In this document: positions 41,141 to 58,121 of the stretch, piece by piece | Position numbering within the stretch: the first letter of the stretch is position 1 | Layout: every line of letters starts with the position of its first letter | DNA from: the human T2T-CHM13v2.0 reference genome, Homo sapiens | Assembly: GCF_009914755.1 (NCBI RefSeq) | Contig: NC_060932.1 | Direction: 5' to 3' (one strand) | Length of the DNA: 64,000 nt | Made by a program: the position numbers and the translations under genes | The notes under the pieces: generated by a model | What the model saw: the letters and a program-made list of their open reading frames with translations, nothing else | Database searches by the model: none | What the model was told of the DNA's origin: nothing

Positions 41141-42425
41141 TGATATTTAAAAAATGATCTGTTCATTCATTCATACATACTAGAATGTAATGAGAATGTA
41201 ACAGAATATAAAATATTCCATAATATAGTCTGAGATTCTAAATTGCAAAAAACCTTTAAGAAATTTCTACTAGTTAAGTTTTGGTTAGTGTCAAAGAGGA
41301 TATTTGATAATTATCTTTAAAAGATATTAAAATATGTCTCCTTTTCCAACTACATATCTATGTGAAGCCAGCTTATCCTCATATATTTCAACCAAAAAAC
41401 ACATTACCACATATTGCCATGCAGACACAGATATGAGAAACCAACTACCTTCCATTAAGCCATATGTTTCTAAAAATTGCAAAAATGTTAAACAATGCTT
41501 TTCTGACCACTACTTTATTTTAATTTAGAAAATAGTTACTTTTCATAAAAATGATTATTTATTTTACCTTACAATGGATTTATTCATATATATAGTAAGT
41601 TATAAATCAATATTTTAAAATAAGTATTTTGTTTCTAATACAATAAATATTGATAGATTGAATCTTCTGATACAAAAGTTCTGTGTGGTTCTCAAAAAAT
41701 TTCAACAGCATGAAGAATGCCCCAGAATAAAAATCGTGAGGACCACAGCTTTAGTACATCCTCACCACGATAGAACCTATGAAATTTCTCTATATTTGGC
41801 CTGCCACTGAGCCAGTTTCCACCAGAAAAAAAATCTAATGAAACACTGCTTAATTGTCATTCTTCATGTATAAATTTTGTATCACTAAACATGATACTTT
41901 AAATGCAGGAAAAGTGATATTTGAAAAGTTTATCTTCTGAGTTCAGTAGATACTAATATTTGATGGTAAATGTTTATGTCTTTGATGCAGTTTTGTAAGT
42001 TTTTTTTTTAACTCTGAATAAGTCATTTAATCTTGTTGTATTTTAGTTTCCAATTATAAAAACAGCCTCTACTATTTTTTATTAAATTATTATGTCAGGA
42101 GAATTAATTAACAAATAATTGTTAAATCCTTTTTCATCTGTAGGTTCCAAAACAAGCCTAAAGGATAACAGTAACAAAATTCTATACCAGGAAAACATGT
42201 GAAAAATGAATAATGAAACTACTAACAGGATATGGAAAAGCAAAATAAAATATAAAAATTTAAAATGTTTACCATTAAGAATAATAGAGAAATATGTTTA
42301 TGTGCAAAAATTAGTATAGTAATACCATTAATTATGGAATTATGATTGTGTTAGAGAGTTATGACATGAGATAAAACTAAGTAAGAAAATAATTGCCAAC
42401 TAATGAATCACAAAGCATACTAATT

Positions 42426-43135
42426 TGCTGAGAAGAGCTGTATTTCTTATGAATGGCTGCAGCTTGCAGACTGGCAGTCCTGCAGGGTGGGATACATAGG
42501 CTCCAGCACAGACCAAAAGCAGGCACTTCAAGGGAGGGAAGGTGAGACAGAAGTGTATGCAGAATGAGTTGGCTAAATATACATACTTAACAAGTTATAA
42601 GAGGATCTATGAATAATCACAAAGGGAGAATACCCACATGGGTAGTGAGCAAACAAGCATGCTACATGTGTCTCATGTTTACTTTGGGGTAGAGATTTAA
42701 TATTTAAATGCATTACTATTAAGCCCCATATGTGAAAGGTGAAGCAGAGGACATGAAGAAACTTAGTGCACCGCCTCTATAGAACTAGCTAGAATCGGTC
42801 TCTGGCCCACAGTCTGATCAGAGGAAAGCTACTGACGTGAATCACTTGTCCAATCAAAGCTGCAGATATGGCTTGTGGAACAGGTGGGTGAGTTAGTCCA
42901 CTTCTGGCAGTCAGTCAGCTCTAATTGTTTCAATATTGCCTATCTCCCAACCAGTTCTTGTTTAGTTACTAGAGAAAAAGAAAAAAAATTGTGGCAGTTA
43001 AACTATAGTTTATTCTTTAAGTGCAGACGTGCATAATTTAACCCTTGCTGGCATAGCCTTAGGTCTTGTTTATAGTTTGGTATCTATTGTCACAAAGATT
43101 CAGTTCTGTTCAGCTTATGATTCTCATATTAATGT
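42426..43135 (-). mobile_element. ERV1 MER4-group LTR (subfamily uncertain), truncated
   Basis: ggcatagccttaggtcttgtttatagtttggtatctattgtcacaaaga; ttggctaaatatacatacttaacaagtta. Confidence 0.65.
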
Positions 43136-43518
43136 AATATTGTATGCAAAATTTTCCAAATTTCAAGGACCATTGTTCATAAATTACTTTCCAAGAATGA
43201 GAAGCAGGAAGTCTTATTCCATGAATAATAAAATTAAACCATTCACAAAATACTAGGAAGATTTATAAAGAAACTTTTCCTTTCCCTAAAGTATATTGCA
43301 AACTTTAAGAAAATTCTCTGTTTAGAATCCACATTACAAGTAAATACCCAATGTTTATCTTGAGGGTTCTAACTTAATACAAATGTCTGTTTTTTTTTAT
43401 TTTTTGAAATGTATTAATTTTTAATTTCTTTCACAGTCATAGGTATTTTAAAAGTCAGGTGTAAACCTGGCACTATTTCAAGGGCTTCTTAGAACATTGT
43501 ATAATGGAAGCATATTTG

Positions 43519-44226
43519 CAGTGGGTCCCGCTTATCCATGGTTTTCCTAAGTTTCAGTTCCTTGAGGTAAGCCACCATCTGAAAGCACCCAATGGAAAAT
43601 TACAGAAATGAACACTTCATACATGTTAAATTGTGCACCTTTCTGAGGAGCATGATGAAATCTTCAGCCATCCTTTTTATCTTGCCTAGGATATGAATCC
43701 TTCCTTTGTCCAGCATCTCCATACTGTATATGCCCCAACCCACTACTCACTTAGTCCTCTTGGTTATCAGATTGATTGTCACAGTACTTGTGTTCAAGTA
43801 ACCCCTATTTCGCTTAACAATGGCACAAAAATGCAAGAGAATTGATGCTGTCAATTATGATATGCCAAGAGAAGGTGTCAAGTGCTTCCTGCAAGTGAAA
43901 ATGTGAAAGTTCTTGACTTAATAAGAAAAGAAGAGAAAGTATATGCAGAGATTGCTAAGATCTGTGGTAAGAACAAATCCTCTATCTATAAAATTGTGCA
44001 GAAGGAAAAATAGATTTGTGCTAGTTTACTGTTGCACGTCAAACAGGAAAACTGATGGCCATAGTGTGTGTTGCGTTTAAAGATGGCAAAGGCATTACAT
44101 TTGTGGGTGGAAGACATGAACAAAAATGTGTTCCCATTGACAGAAATCAGGTTTGGTACTATCTGCAGTTTTGGGCAACTCTGGGAGTCCTGAAATATAT
44201 TCCCCATTGATAAGAGAAGACTAGTG
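43519..44226 (+). mobile_element. MER44C-like (Tigger7 derivative)
   Basis: Degenerate TIRs cagtgggtcccgcttatcc / gataagagaagactagtg; remnant of transposase N-terminal HTH (SENVKVLDLIRKEEKVYAEIAKICGKNKSSI). Confidence 0.85.
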
Positions 44227-44282
44227 TTTAAGTTTTTATACATCTGCCTGCAACAGGTCAGTAAGATTCTCGGAGTAAAGAG

Positions 44283-44480
44283 AATGATGATAATACTATC
44301 TAATATTTGTTGAGGGTCTAGGATACACAGGCTTGGTGACAGTATGTTATCTATTATCTCTAAACTTACAACAAAACAACTCTGCGAACTAGAACATATC
44401 CTCCTCTGCAATCTTGGTTGAAACAATTGGATGCAGGAAAGAGAGAATACAACACGAAGAAACATTTCAGCTGGCAGATT
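44283..44480 (-). mobile_element. MIR fragment
   Basis: taatatttgttgagggtcta...attatctctaaacttacaac; weak match. Confidence 0.4.
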
Positions 44481-46116
44481 ATTAACTGCATGATGTTCAA
44501 GTTTATGATATAGGAGTAAACTATGCCAGGCCACGACTGATGTAGATAATTTTATACAATTTGTACAATCTCTCAATTTATAATAATTAAGCAAGTTGTC
44601 TCCAAGCAGCTGTATTCCTATTTGAAAACAGCCTCTTAACCACCCACAGCAGATAAAAGAACTGAAAAGAAAACACCTTAGCAGGCCACTCAGCTGGCTG
44701 CTGAATCCTAAAATCCTAATTAAGCTAATCTTGTCTTCTAATATCTAAAATAGGTCACCTTCCTTTCTTCTGTACAAAGAAAATACCAAAAAAAAATTCC
44801 ATATAATAAATTTTGCATAACTAGCAGGGAAAAAATACATTCTTACTCTTTTTCATTGTTACTTTTATTTACCTGAGTTCAGGCGCAAAGGCAAGTTATA
44901 TAGATTCTGTTTAACTCAATTAGGGGAGGAAAAGGAAAACACAGAAAAGTGTTTATGCAAATGATGATCATTTAAAACAAGAACACCTTTTAGAGTTCAG
45001 AAAAAGAATGAAGAAAATAGACTAATTTCCAATTTTTTGTTTTGCTTTGCTTTTCTTCTTTAAGTTTATCTCCAGTTAACTCACAAGTTTAGGCTGCTAG
45101 TATATACAAGAGTAATGATGTCAACAGGTCATGTTTAGAAGGGACTCTTTTGATTATACCACACTGCCTCATGTAAATGTACTGTTTTTAGGCTAATATG
45201 GACTTCTCAAAAAATTCTGAAATATAAAATAACTATTTCATCTATCTTCTTTATACCTCTAAATGAAGAGTAGATAGCAAAACTAACATAGATTGATATA
45301 GAATGTGGCATTCAATTTAAATACGAAATTTCTCATGTTCTTTCATTCAAAATAAAATACCAACAAAAATAAAGATTAAACTTGGATATACATCAAGTAT
45401 TACGCTACAAAGAATGTAAGATGAACAGCTTTTTGAAATTTTGAAGCTGATGGTCAACGTGAAGGGAGAAAACAAAGTTAATTTTTAAATTTTGTAGGTC
45501 AGTTAATTAGTAATCACTCCAATATGCTAATACCTTCATTTATCATATTTCATTAAACTTTTACTGTCTACTGTGCTAGATGTTGGGAATGTAAACGTAA
45601 AAAACCCTATACCTCAGAAAGGAGACACTATGCCAACAGTGAAATGTGTTAAGCTAATTGCTTTCCTCAGGGTAGTGTCCCATAAGGAAAAGAAGTAATG
45701 CACCTTCTTTAGTAGTAAAGTTACAAAAACATATATAGGTGTATATCCACCTGTATGTCTGTATGCCTCATATATGCATATATATTTATATAACTATGTA
45801 TATGTGTATGTGTATATATGTACATACTTATATCCCTTGCCATTCTAAAGGTAATTTAAAGACTTACTCAAGCATAATGTGTACTTCTGTAATCTAGCTA
45901 AACTATTCTTGCTAAAACAAACCAGAGAGCTGTTTCTGTTGGTTGTTTTTTTTTCTTTCATATTTTACTATTCAGAATATGCTAATAGTTGAATTTCGGG
46001 TACAATTTGGATTTATTTTTAAGTATAAAAGCCATTTTGGACAAAAATTAAAATTGAGAAAAAATAGACTCATATTCACTTTATATGAATGCAGTCGCTT
46101 CTCTCATGGTTGAAAG

Positions 46117-46315
46117 CTGCATTGTCCAAAGAACTTTCTGTAATAATGGAAATTTTTATTTGTGATTTCCAACAGGCAAGTACAAGACACTTGTAACTTT
46201 TGAGCAATTCAAATTGTTCTTGTGCAACTGGAAGCTGGATTTTCAACTTTATTTACTTTTCATTTGTATTTAAATAACCGCAGGTGGCTAATGGCTGCCC
46301 TATTAGACAATGCAG
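46117..46315. mobile_element. MER3 (hAT-Charlie MITE)
   Basis: ctgcattgtccaa.agaactttctgtaataatggaaat ... gtggctaatggctgccctattagacaatgcag with inverted ends. Confidence 0.85.
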
Positions 46316-46883
46316 CTCTACAAAATTTTGTTCCTGTAGAAAACATTCTCCCATTTTATTAAATCTCTTTGCTGGCTCATCACTATCAAGTAAGTATACT
46401 ATAGGATCATACATATTAAAATATTTTTTTAAATACACATTCTCCTAAATTCCAAAGACATTCTGGCTTAGCCCTATTTTCTGTCATTTTTTCTAAATCA
46501 CAGTCACTCTTCCAACCCCCTCATATCTTGTTTTTTCTTCAACTAACTCCAGTTGATCTTCAATCCCCAGTACGCCACAAAATTGTCTCTTAATAAGGTA
46601 AGCAATGACAATGACTGCTAGTTTGTAAAATCCAAAGATTTTTTCTTGTCCTCATCTTACTTAACTCCTCACCTGCATTCAACGTGCTTAAACTACTCCC
46701 TCTGAATAGTCGCTTCGCTTAGCATATGTGACACAATTTCTTGGCTTTCCTTTCGATGTCACCGTGCCCTCTTTTTTATTTCTTCTGAATCTTCTTTCTC
46801 TTTTCAACTCTAATGTTAATATCCCTCAAATTTGTCTTCTTCAACTCTTATCTACTCAGTGTTCTCTCAGACTATCTTATTAC

Positions 46884-47100
46884 TGTGATGATTAGTATCA
46901 GTTGCCATTTTGAGTGGATTGAAGAATGCCTTGATAGCTAGCTGGTAAAGTATTGTTTCTGGGTATGTGTATGAGGATGTTGCCAGAGGAGACTGACATT
47001 TAAGTCAGTACACTAGGAAAGACCCATACTCAGTATGGGTGGGTACCATCCAATCAGCTGTCATTGTGGCTAGAACAAAGCAGGTGGAAGAAGGTGGGAT
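46884..47100 (+). mobile_element. MLT2A (HERVL LTR) 5' half
   Basis: tgtgatg start, tgttgccagaggagactgacatt, ccatccaatcagctg, gctagaacaaagcaggtggaagaaggtggga. Confidence 0.85.
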
Positions 47101-47399
47101 TTCTTTGAGGTCATTGCTCCTCTTTCTTTCCAAGTGCAATCACACAGGGCTTCATTCTCTTTCTCACATATGGGAAAGTTTTTCCTAATGTAGAGAGTTT
47201 GTAGTTGTTAAGATGCTCTTCCCACACAACTTGGAAGAGACTGCCTTTTTATTTATTCATGTCTCATCGTCTTATTGCAACAGTCACCTCAAAAGTGAAA
47301 CATCCCTAGGTCAGCCAATCTAGAAGAATCCTAACTCCAACCCCTATTTTGTTGTCTTCATAGCTTACCCTATCTGCAATTATCATATTTGTTTATTCA

Positions 47400-47540
47400 A
47401 CCCATTTGAAAATGAGGGGGGTAATAATATCAACTGTATATGATTATTTTGAAAAACAAATGTATCAATATATGCTACATGCTTAGAACAATAGCATATA
47501 GTAAATGCTTAATAAGTTTACCTATTACTTATATTATTAC
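47400..47540 (+). mobile_element. MIR 3' part
   Basis: aaaatg..gtaataat, gcttagaaca, catatagtaaatgcttaataa. Confidence 0.6.
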
Positions 47541-49360
47541 AGTCTCAATAGAAAGCAAACATCTCAAGACCAGAGAATATATCTAATTTTGGCGTGGAAA
47601 TGTATTCTACAAATTCAGGATACTTAGCTCATGGTAGTCATTGAATAAGCATTTTTTGGATGAATGAATAAAATTGCAAGTAGCAAGAAGGATTCTTTTT
47701 TTAAAAAAATAGAGATCATTCACAGGGATGATTCAGAGATCTGAAAAACAAGATTTCTAAGAAAAAAAAGTTAAAGGAATTTTAATTATTGAACCTAGAA
47801 TAAACAAGGCCAAGGGTGGTTGTGAATGGTTAAATAACTATATAAAAGCAATCACATCATTGAATTTAGTCACATAACTTCTGTTCATTTAAGTTGTGAA
47901 AAAGCCAAACTGGTAATTAAGTATCACAAGGCAAATAATAATAGTTATTTCATTGAGTTTTCACTTTTTAGCAATTTGAATTGATGTAGTTAAAATTCGT
48001 GTTGATGGAGATGACCAGCTGTTTTCCATTTCTACTGAGGATAGAAGAAATGAAAACAAATACTAAGTAAATCATGAAAATATGGGTAGCTAGAAGGAAG
48101 ACATTCCTTACTGTGAAAGTTGTTGCAGCCCATTCCAATCAGTTTTAAAGAGAGCTTATAAAAACTTCTTTGTAAAACGCTCTCTATATTCTCATGTCAA
48201 GGAAAATATGGCCATATGCCTTATTTATATGGGAGGATCAAGCAGATGCTCTCTATAACCTTTTATATTAATGCACATATCTGTCAGAATTTTAAACATT
48301 TAAACATTTCCAAATATATTAGTAATTAAAATAAAATTGTAACAAAATATTTAATGTAGTCTAGAGTGCTTTGTAGAGAAAGAGTACATACTGTTTCTTT
48401 AGGCAAATAAAATTTGAGTACTCCTAAACCAATTTTTATTTCTCAGAGTAACAGATCAAACCATATGAATGTTCTTAAAAGTTCAGTACACATGTCTTAA
48501 TAATTGCCTGCTTTAAGATTTTTTTAAAAAGTTTCATTAGTGAATAATGAAGTAGGCTTTATTAAAATTTATTTGCTGATTTTAAATTTTCCCCAATATT
48601 TGTCTTAATATTTTACTTGACCAGGCAAGCAGAAAAAACATATTATTTTTGAGATGAATAAAAAAGAAGCAGTTTTTCAGAGTGTTTTAATTGTATCCAA
48701 ACTTCTTATAATCAAACTATATTTAAGGGTTTTATAATAACATAAATGGAAACTTAAATTCTTGTCTAGTTTTTCCTTTATTGTAGGAAATTTACTTATT
48801 AACTAAAATAAGTTTATTGTCTCACAATAGACACATAGTTAATATTTATGGATTACTCAGCATTGCCAAGTGATAGAAAGGTGATTTAACTTCAATAAGA
48901 TACTGCTTGAAATATTTTGAAAAATGAAATTTTTCCAGGTATATTTTGTATAAACATGTATTGAATGATATTTTGTGAGTAAGCATTTGCAGTTATCATC
49001 ACAGTGTTTTCCATTGTCTAGTGATTCATGTTATTTGAAAAATAATTATGGTCTCACCAAAATGATAAAAAAACTATAGTAACTTTTTAGCTAAGTAAAA
49101 CAAAGTAGAAGTAACAAATTAAAAGCAATAGATGAAAAATAAACTGATCTGTGCCATGTGTCTTCCTTCCTTTGTATAAGAGAATTAAGAAACTTTTTGC
49201 TTGTTTTATTTTTTTGCATTTTAATAACTTTATTGAAAAGTATATCTTCTAGTAACAAACATAAGTAACATATCTGATATAGTAGGTTAGATTACCTCTG
49301 TCAACTCAAAATTAACCCTGGTATTTCCAAAATATTGAAATGTGTCAGCCATATGGAAAA

Positions 49361-49408
49361 CTGTGGATAAGGATATCCCTTATCCACAGCACATAAGGGA
49401 TATCCACA
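49361..49408. repeat. Near-perfect palindrome plus permuted repeat
   Basis: ctgtggataagg-atatc-ccttatccacag (12-bp arms), then cacataagggatatccaca. Confidence 0.9.
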
Positions 49409-49923
49409 AAAACATGGTTTATACATTTGTTAATGATAATAAGTACTGTAGCCCCTTGGTTTATTGTATAGCTTTTATTCTACATGCAGAACTCCCCACT
49501 GCCCCAGCCTGATGCTTCATGGAAAGTACAGATGACCATTTTAGCTCAAACTGAAATGAAGCAACAGGTTTAATCTAAAATAGTTTTTGGGTTTTTGTTG
49601 TTGTTTTGTTTTTGCATGTTTTCTTTTCTCCTTATACACGGCTCGGTATGCTTTCAATAATTATGAGGGGACATTATTATAAATACAGAGCAAGTGATGG
49701 TAACAGATAGAATATTTTATGTCCAATTTGGTCAGCTTTAACCACCCAAGTACACTTCTAATATGTCAATCACTCATGTGGCAAACTTGATGACATCTTA
49801 TTTAGGCTCCCACGCATGTGTGCAGCATTAGTTGCCCACAACCAGTTACACAATAACAGATAACTTTATACCACCTTTTCAATCACACACCTCTGGGATG
49901 TAATTATTTGTCTTTCTTTGATA

Positions 49924-50136
49924 CAGTGTTTCTCAACTGGAAATTTTGTTTTATTGACGCCTGTGGACTATTTTTCACATCACTACTGTAGAGTGGGAGG
50001 GGGAGCTGGTTGCTACTAGTATAAAATGGGGAGGCCAGGGATGCTGCTTACTATCTTACGATGCACAGGACAGCTCCTCACAACAAGGAATTACCTACCC
50101 CACAGTGTCAACAGTGCTGAGGTTGGAGAAACCCTG
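49924..50136. mobile_element. MER20
   Basis: cagtgtttctcaa...gaggccagggatgctgct...atgcacaggacagc...gaggttggagaaaccctg. Confidence 0.9.
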
Positions 50137-50519
50137 CCCTAGTAGACTAAGTTATCTAAAGGACATTGAGATGATTTCTGCCACATCTGTAGAACCTAGC
50201 ACTGTATCTGGCATGTCTGTTGCATCTAAAAACATCTGTTTATTAATGTTTTGCTGAAGACAGTTTAGAGAGAGGCCTTCTGTCATAATATGGTGCTAAA
50301 AAGACTATTCCCATTATATTCCAAAAACTCTACTCCACAGAAATTGCTTTATCACAAGCCCATCCTACTTACCCTTGATTAAAATTCTTCAATAGCTTCC
50401 TTTTACTTCAGGATAAAGAGTATTACAATCTGTGTACTACACTCTACTATTCTGTCTGTTCTTCATGTACACTAGTCTTCTAATTACTTGAGTGCTCAAA
50501 CTAAATACGGAAGTAGTCT

Positions 50520-50725
50520 ATGCACATTTAATATGCAGTTTGTAATTAATCTTACATGTGAGGCAGTTTTTTAAACACATGTGTTTATAAAAAAATTTCA
50601 TTTAATGATGCAGCAACCTTATATGGTACTGTTATTATTTCTATCCTTAAAATGAGCAAACAGGAGCATAGAAGATGTACGTGACTTGCCCAGGGATATC
50701 CACAGCACATAAGTGGAGAAGCTCT
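50520..50725 (-). mobile_element. MIR
   Basis: tcatttaat..cagcaacctta, gtgacttgcccaggg..cacagc..taagtgg. Confidence 0.65.
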
Positions 50726-53215
50726 TGAAGCAAATGTGAGGAATTAGTACATCCCAGATTGAGAGTTTCTAGAAGAAAAGACAAGATGATCCAGAGAACA
50801 TAGTCAATTTGGAGAACTAAACATAATTTATTATGGTTGAGGTAAAATAGGACTTATTGCAACATGCCTCACAAATAATGCTAAAAAGATAGACATGCCA
50901 CTTTATTATAGATTTTCCTTTCAAAAATCTATTCTCTTCTTCAAGACACAAATGTCTAAAGCAATAGCTACTCTATATCTATATATATATATCTCTCTAT
51001 AGAATTATGTTTATGTCTATCTATTTCTATATTTAAAGTTTAAGGCCAGGCACCTCTCTTCACTTAAAAATACATGCCCTAATATGTTTAAAGATTGTAG
51101 AGAATACATCTGTGAAAATTTGCTAAAATATAAGCAATGCTGAACTATCTGGAATTCTTAGCAATCATTATCCCTATATTTTACTATGCCTCCCTCAACT
51201 CTGGAAAGTAATGCCAACTTTTTTTTTTTCTGTGGCTCTGTTTCTTTTATTAATGAGGTAATGTCAATAAATAAAAGCACCCCGATAATCATTTTAAGGA
51301 ATAAAGTAATTTATACATAAATGCATGCATTAATAAATCTAAACAACATGCCATTTTGCTATTCAGTTATGATAAGAACACAGTCTATTGATTGACAAAA
51401 GTAGGCTTAAACTGTAAAATGGATTGTTTATAAATAAGAATGTTTTTGTTTCTAATTTAATAAAATCATTACTTTTTTAGTGTATAACTCTACAAAAAGT
51501 AATTGTATACAAAGAACGGAGAATATTTTTCAAGTAGTTTATTAAGCTATAAACTGAAAGAAACAGAATTTTATATAGCAACATAAATTTGTTTCAGGTT
51601 ATTTTTCCTTGTTTACACTGAATAAATATTCAGCTCCAGTAGATGATTGTCCAGTAAAAGTTAAATAAAATATCAGAGAAATGACAATTCCATAAGAATT
51701 AAGTTTTCTTGTTAACTGCTCAAATATAGTAAACTTGCACTTAATTGTGATCCATTGATTAAACTACTTTGGAACTACACTTCACAGTTTTTGAAACTTA
51801 AAAATAAGGAATAATCTGGGGGAAAGAATATTTAGGAACAATTATCCAGAATATGTAACAGGCTACTCTGAAAAAAATGCATCTTCTCAGATTATCTTTT
51901 ATGTCCTATGTGTCCTGAATTGTTGCTGACTACCAACTAGCACCCATTTTCTATTTTCACATACACGTAAGAGTATCCATATATTTTCACTGAGATTCCA
52001 TTCTCTCCAGTAATGACCTTTGACTCCAGCTCCACGGGCAAGCTTTGATTAATTTAAGACAATTGGCATAAACTTAACTGTTTCAATCAGTATGATTTCC
52101 AGACTCTTACTTGCATAGTATTTCTTTGTTTGCATTTTATGTGTGTCGATGTGGAACCTAAAGAAAACTATTTTGCCAATATGAAAGAGGCAAGCTTAAG
52201 ACACGCTAATATTGAAGAGGACAGGGAGGTAGTAAAAAGAAACTGGGCCCTTGATGACATATTTTGCTGATGAAACAAACAAAATTAATTTCTGGACTTT
52301 TCAATTCTGTTTTTAACCAATAACCACCCCCTAAGAGTTTTGTTATGTGAAGTAAAGCTTCATGACTGATATATAATGATAAAAGAATGCTTACGACTTT
52401 AGGATTTAGGAATGGATTTGTGCATACTTTCATCTTGGTTCCCTAACAATTTAGAAGGACAGCTCACCTAACAGTATAATTTTACCTATCCAGTGGCTAT
52501 AAGTTATGTAAGAATTAAAGTATAACATTAAAATTAGGAAATCAAACTACAGAGATAAATTCAAGTTAGTCAATTAAATACACTAATGTGAGCAAAATAC
52601 TAATACAAGCAAAATAAAACAATAAAATGCAGTGAATTATTTCTGTTGTAGAATGAGTAAGCGGTATATATATGGTGGCACACACACAGATAAAGTAAGG
52701 TTACATGCATGCGAGGTGGCTAAATAAATATGGAGTGACTTGAATTGGTCCTGTCCTGTTTTCAGTTAATCTGGGTAACTGGAGTAACCAACCAAAATGT
52801 ATTTGCTAAGTCAAAGAGATCAACATAGAGAGTCCATGTTTACTAATGCCTTTACAGAGGTCCCCTGTTATCCACTCCATATGGAATACACCCCAAGACC
52901 CCCAGTGGGTGCCTGAAACTACGAATAGCATCAAATCCTTTATGCACTATGTTTTTTGTTTGTTTTATTAAGTCAAGAATAGTTACCTTTCTTGTTTTTT
53001 TTTTATTATACTTTTTAAGTTTTAGGGTACATGTGCAAATTGTGCAGGTTAGTTACATATGTATACATGTGCCATGCTGGTGCGCTGCACCCACCCACTA
53101 ACTCGTCATCTAGCATTAGGTATATCTCCCAGTGCTATCCCTCCCACCTCCCCCGACCCCACCACAGTCCCCAGAGTGTGATATTCCCCTTCCTGTGTCC
53201 ATGTGATCTCATTGT

Positions 53216-57042
<3,827 letters not shown>

Positions 57043-57105
57043 TACGATGTTAGCTGGTTATTTTGCTCGTTAGTTGATGCAGTTTCTTCCTAGTCTCGAT
57101 GGTCT

Positions 57106-58121
57106 TTACATTTTGGCATGATTTTGCAGCGGCTGGTACTGGTTGTTCCTTTCCATGTTTAGCGCTTCCTTCAGGAGCTCTTTTAGGGCAGGCCTGGTGT
57201 TGACAAAATCTCTCAGTATTTGCTTGTCTGTAAAGTATTTTATTTCTCCTTCACTTATGAAGCTTAGTTTGACTGGATACGAAATTCTGGGTTGAAAATT
57301 CTTTTCTTTAAGAATGTTGAATATTGGCCCCCACTCTCTTCTGGCTTGCAGGGTTTCTGCCAAGAGATCCACTGTTAGTATGATGGGCTTCCCTTTGAGG
57401 GTAACCCGACCTTTCTCTCTGGCTGCCCTTAACATTTTTTCCTTCATTTCAACTTTGGTGAACCTGACAATTATGTGTCTTGGAGTTGCTCTTCTTGAGG
57501 AGTTTCTTTGTGGCATTCTCTGTATTTCCTGAATCTGAACTTTGGCCTGCCTTGCTAGATTGGGGAAGTTCTCCTGGTAATATCCTGCAGAGTGTTTTTC
57601 AACTTGGTTCCATTCTCCCCATCACTTTCAGGTACACCAATCAGACGTAGATTTGGTCTTTTCACATAGTCCCCTATTTCTTGGAGGCTTTGCTCATTTC
57701 TTTTTATTCTTTTTTCTCTAAACTTCCCTTCTCGCTTCATTTCATTCATTTCATCTTCCATTGCTGATACCCTTTCTTCCAGTTGATCGCATCGGCTCCT
57801 GAGGCTTCTGCATTCTTCACGTAGTTCTCAAGCCTTGGTTTTCAGCTCCATCAGCTCCTTTAAGCACTTCTCTGTATTGGTTATTCTAGTTATACATTCT
57901 TCTAAATTTTTTTCAAAGTTTTCAACTTCTTTGCCTTTGGTTTGAATGTCCTCCCGTAGCTCAGAGTAATTTGATCGTCTGAAGCCTTCTTCTCTCAGCT
58001 CGTCAAAGTCATTCTCCATCCAGCTTTGTTCCGTTGCTGGTGAGGAACTGCGTTCCTTTGGAGGAGGAGAGGTGCTCTGCGTTTTAGAGTTTCCAGTTTT
58101 TCTGTTCTGTTTTTTCCCCAT
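57106..58121 (-). pseudogene. L1 ORF1, disrupted
   Basis: MGKKQNRKTGNSK start; premature TGA at 57828-57830; frameshift near 57577; ends QPLQNHAKM. Confidence 0.97.

Larger units (their letters stand above)
46430..47672 (+). mobile_element. L2 (RT region and 3' end), interrupted by MLT2A and MIR
   Basis: gtcctcatcttacttaactcctcacctgcattcaac RT motif; 3' tail tgaatgaataaa. Confidence 0.7.

Noticed and set aside
43986-44594. 202-aa minus-strand ORF
   Set aside because: Non-ATG start, runs through MER44 and probable MIR sequence, and has no recognisable domain.
49362-49388. Two perfect inverted DnaA boxes (TGTGGATAA / TTATCCACA) suggesting a bacterial origin or contamination
   Set aside because: The context is primate repeat DNA. 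The boxes are by-products of the palindromic copy of a MIR-derived sequence.
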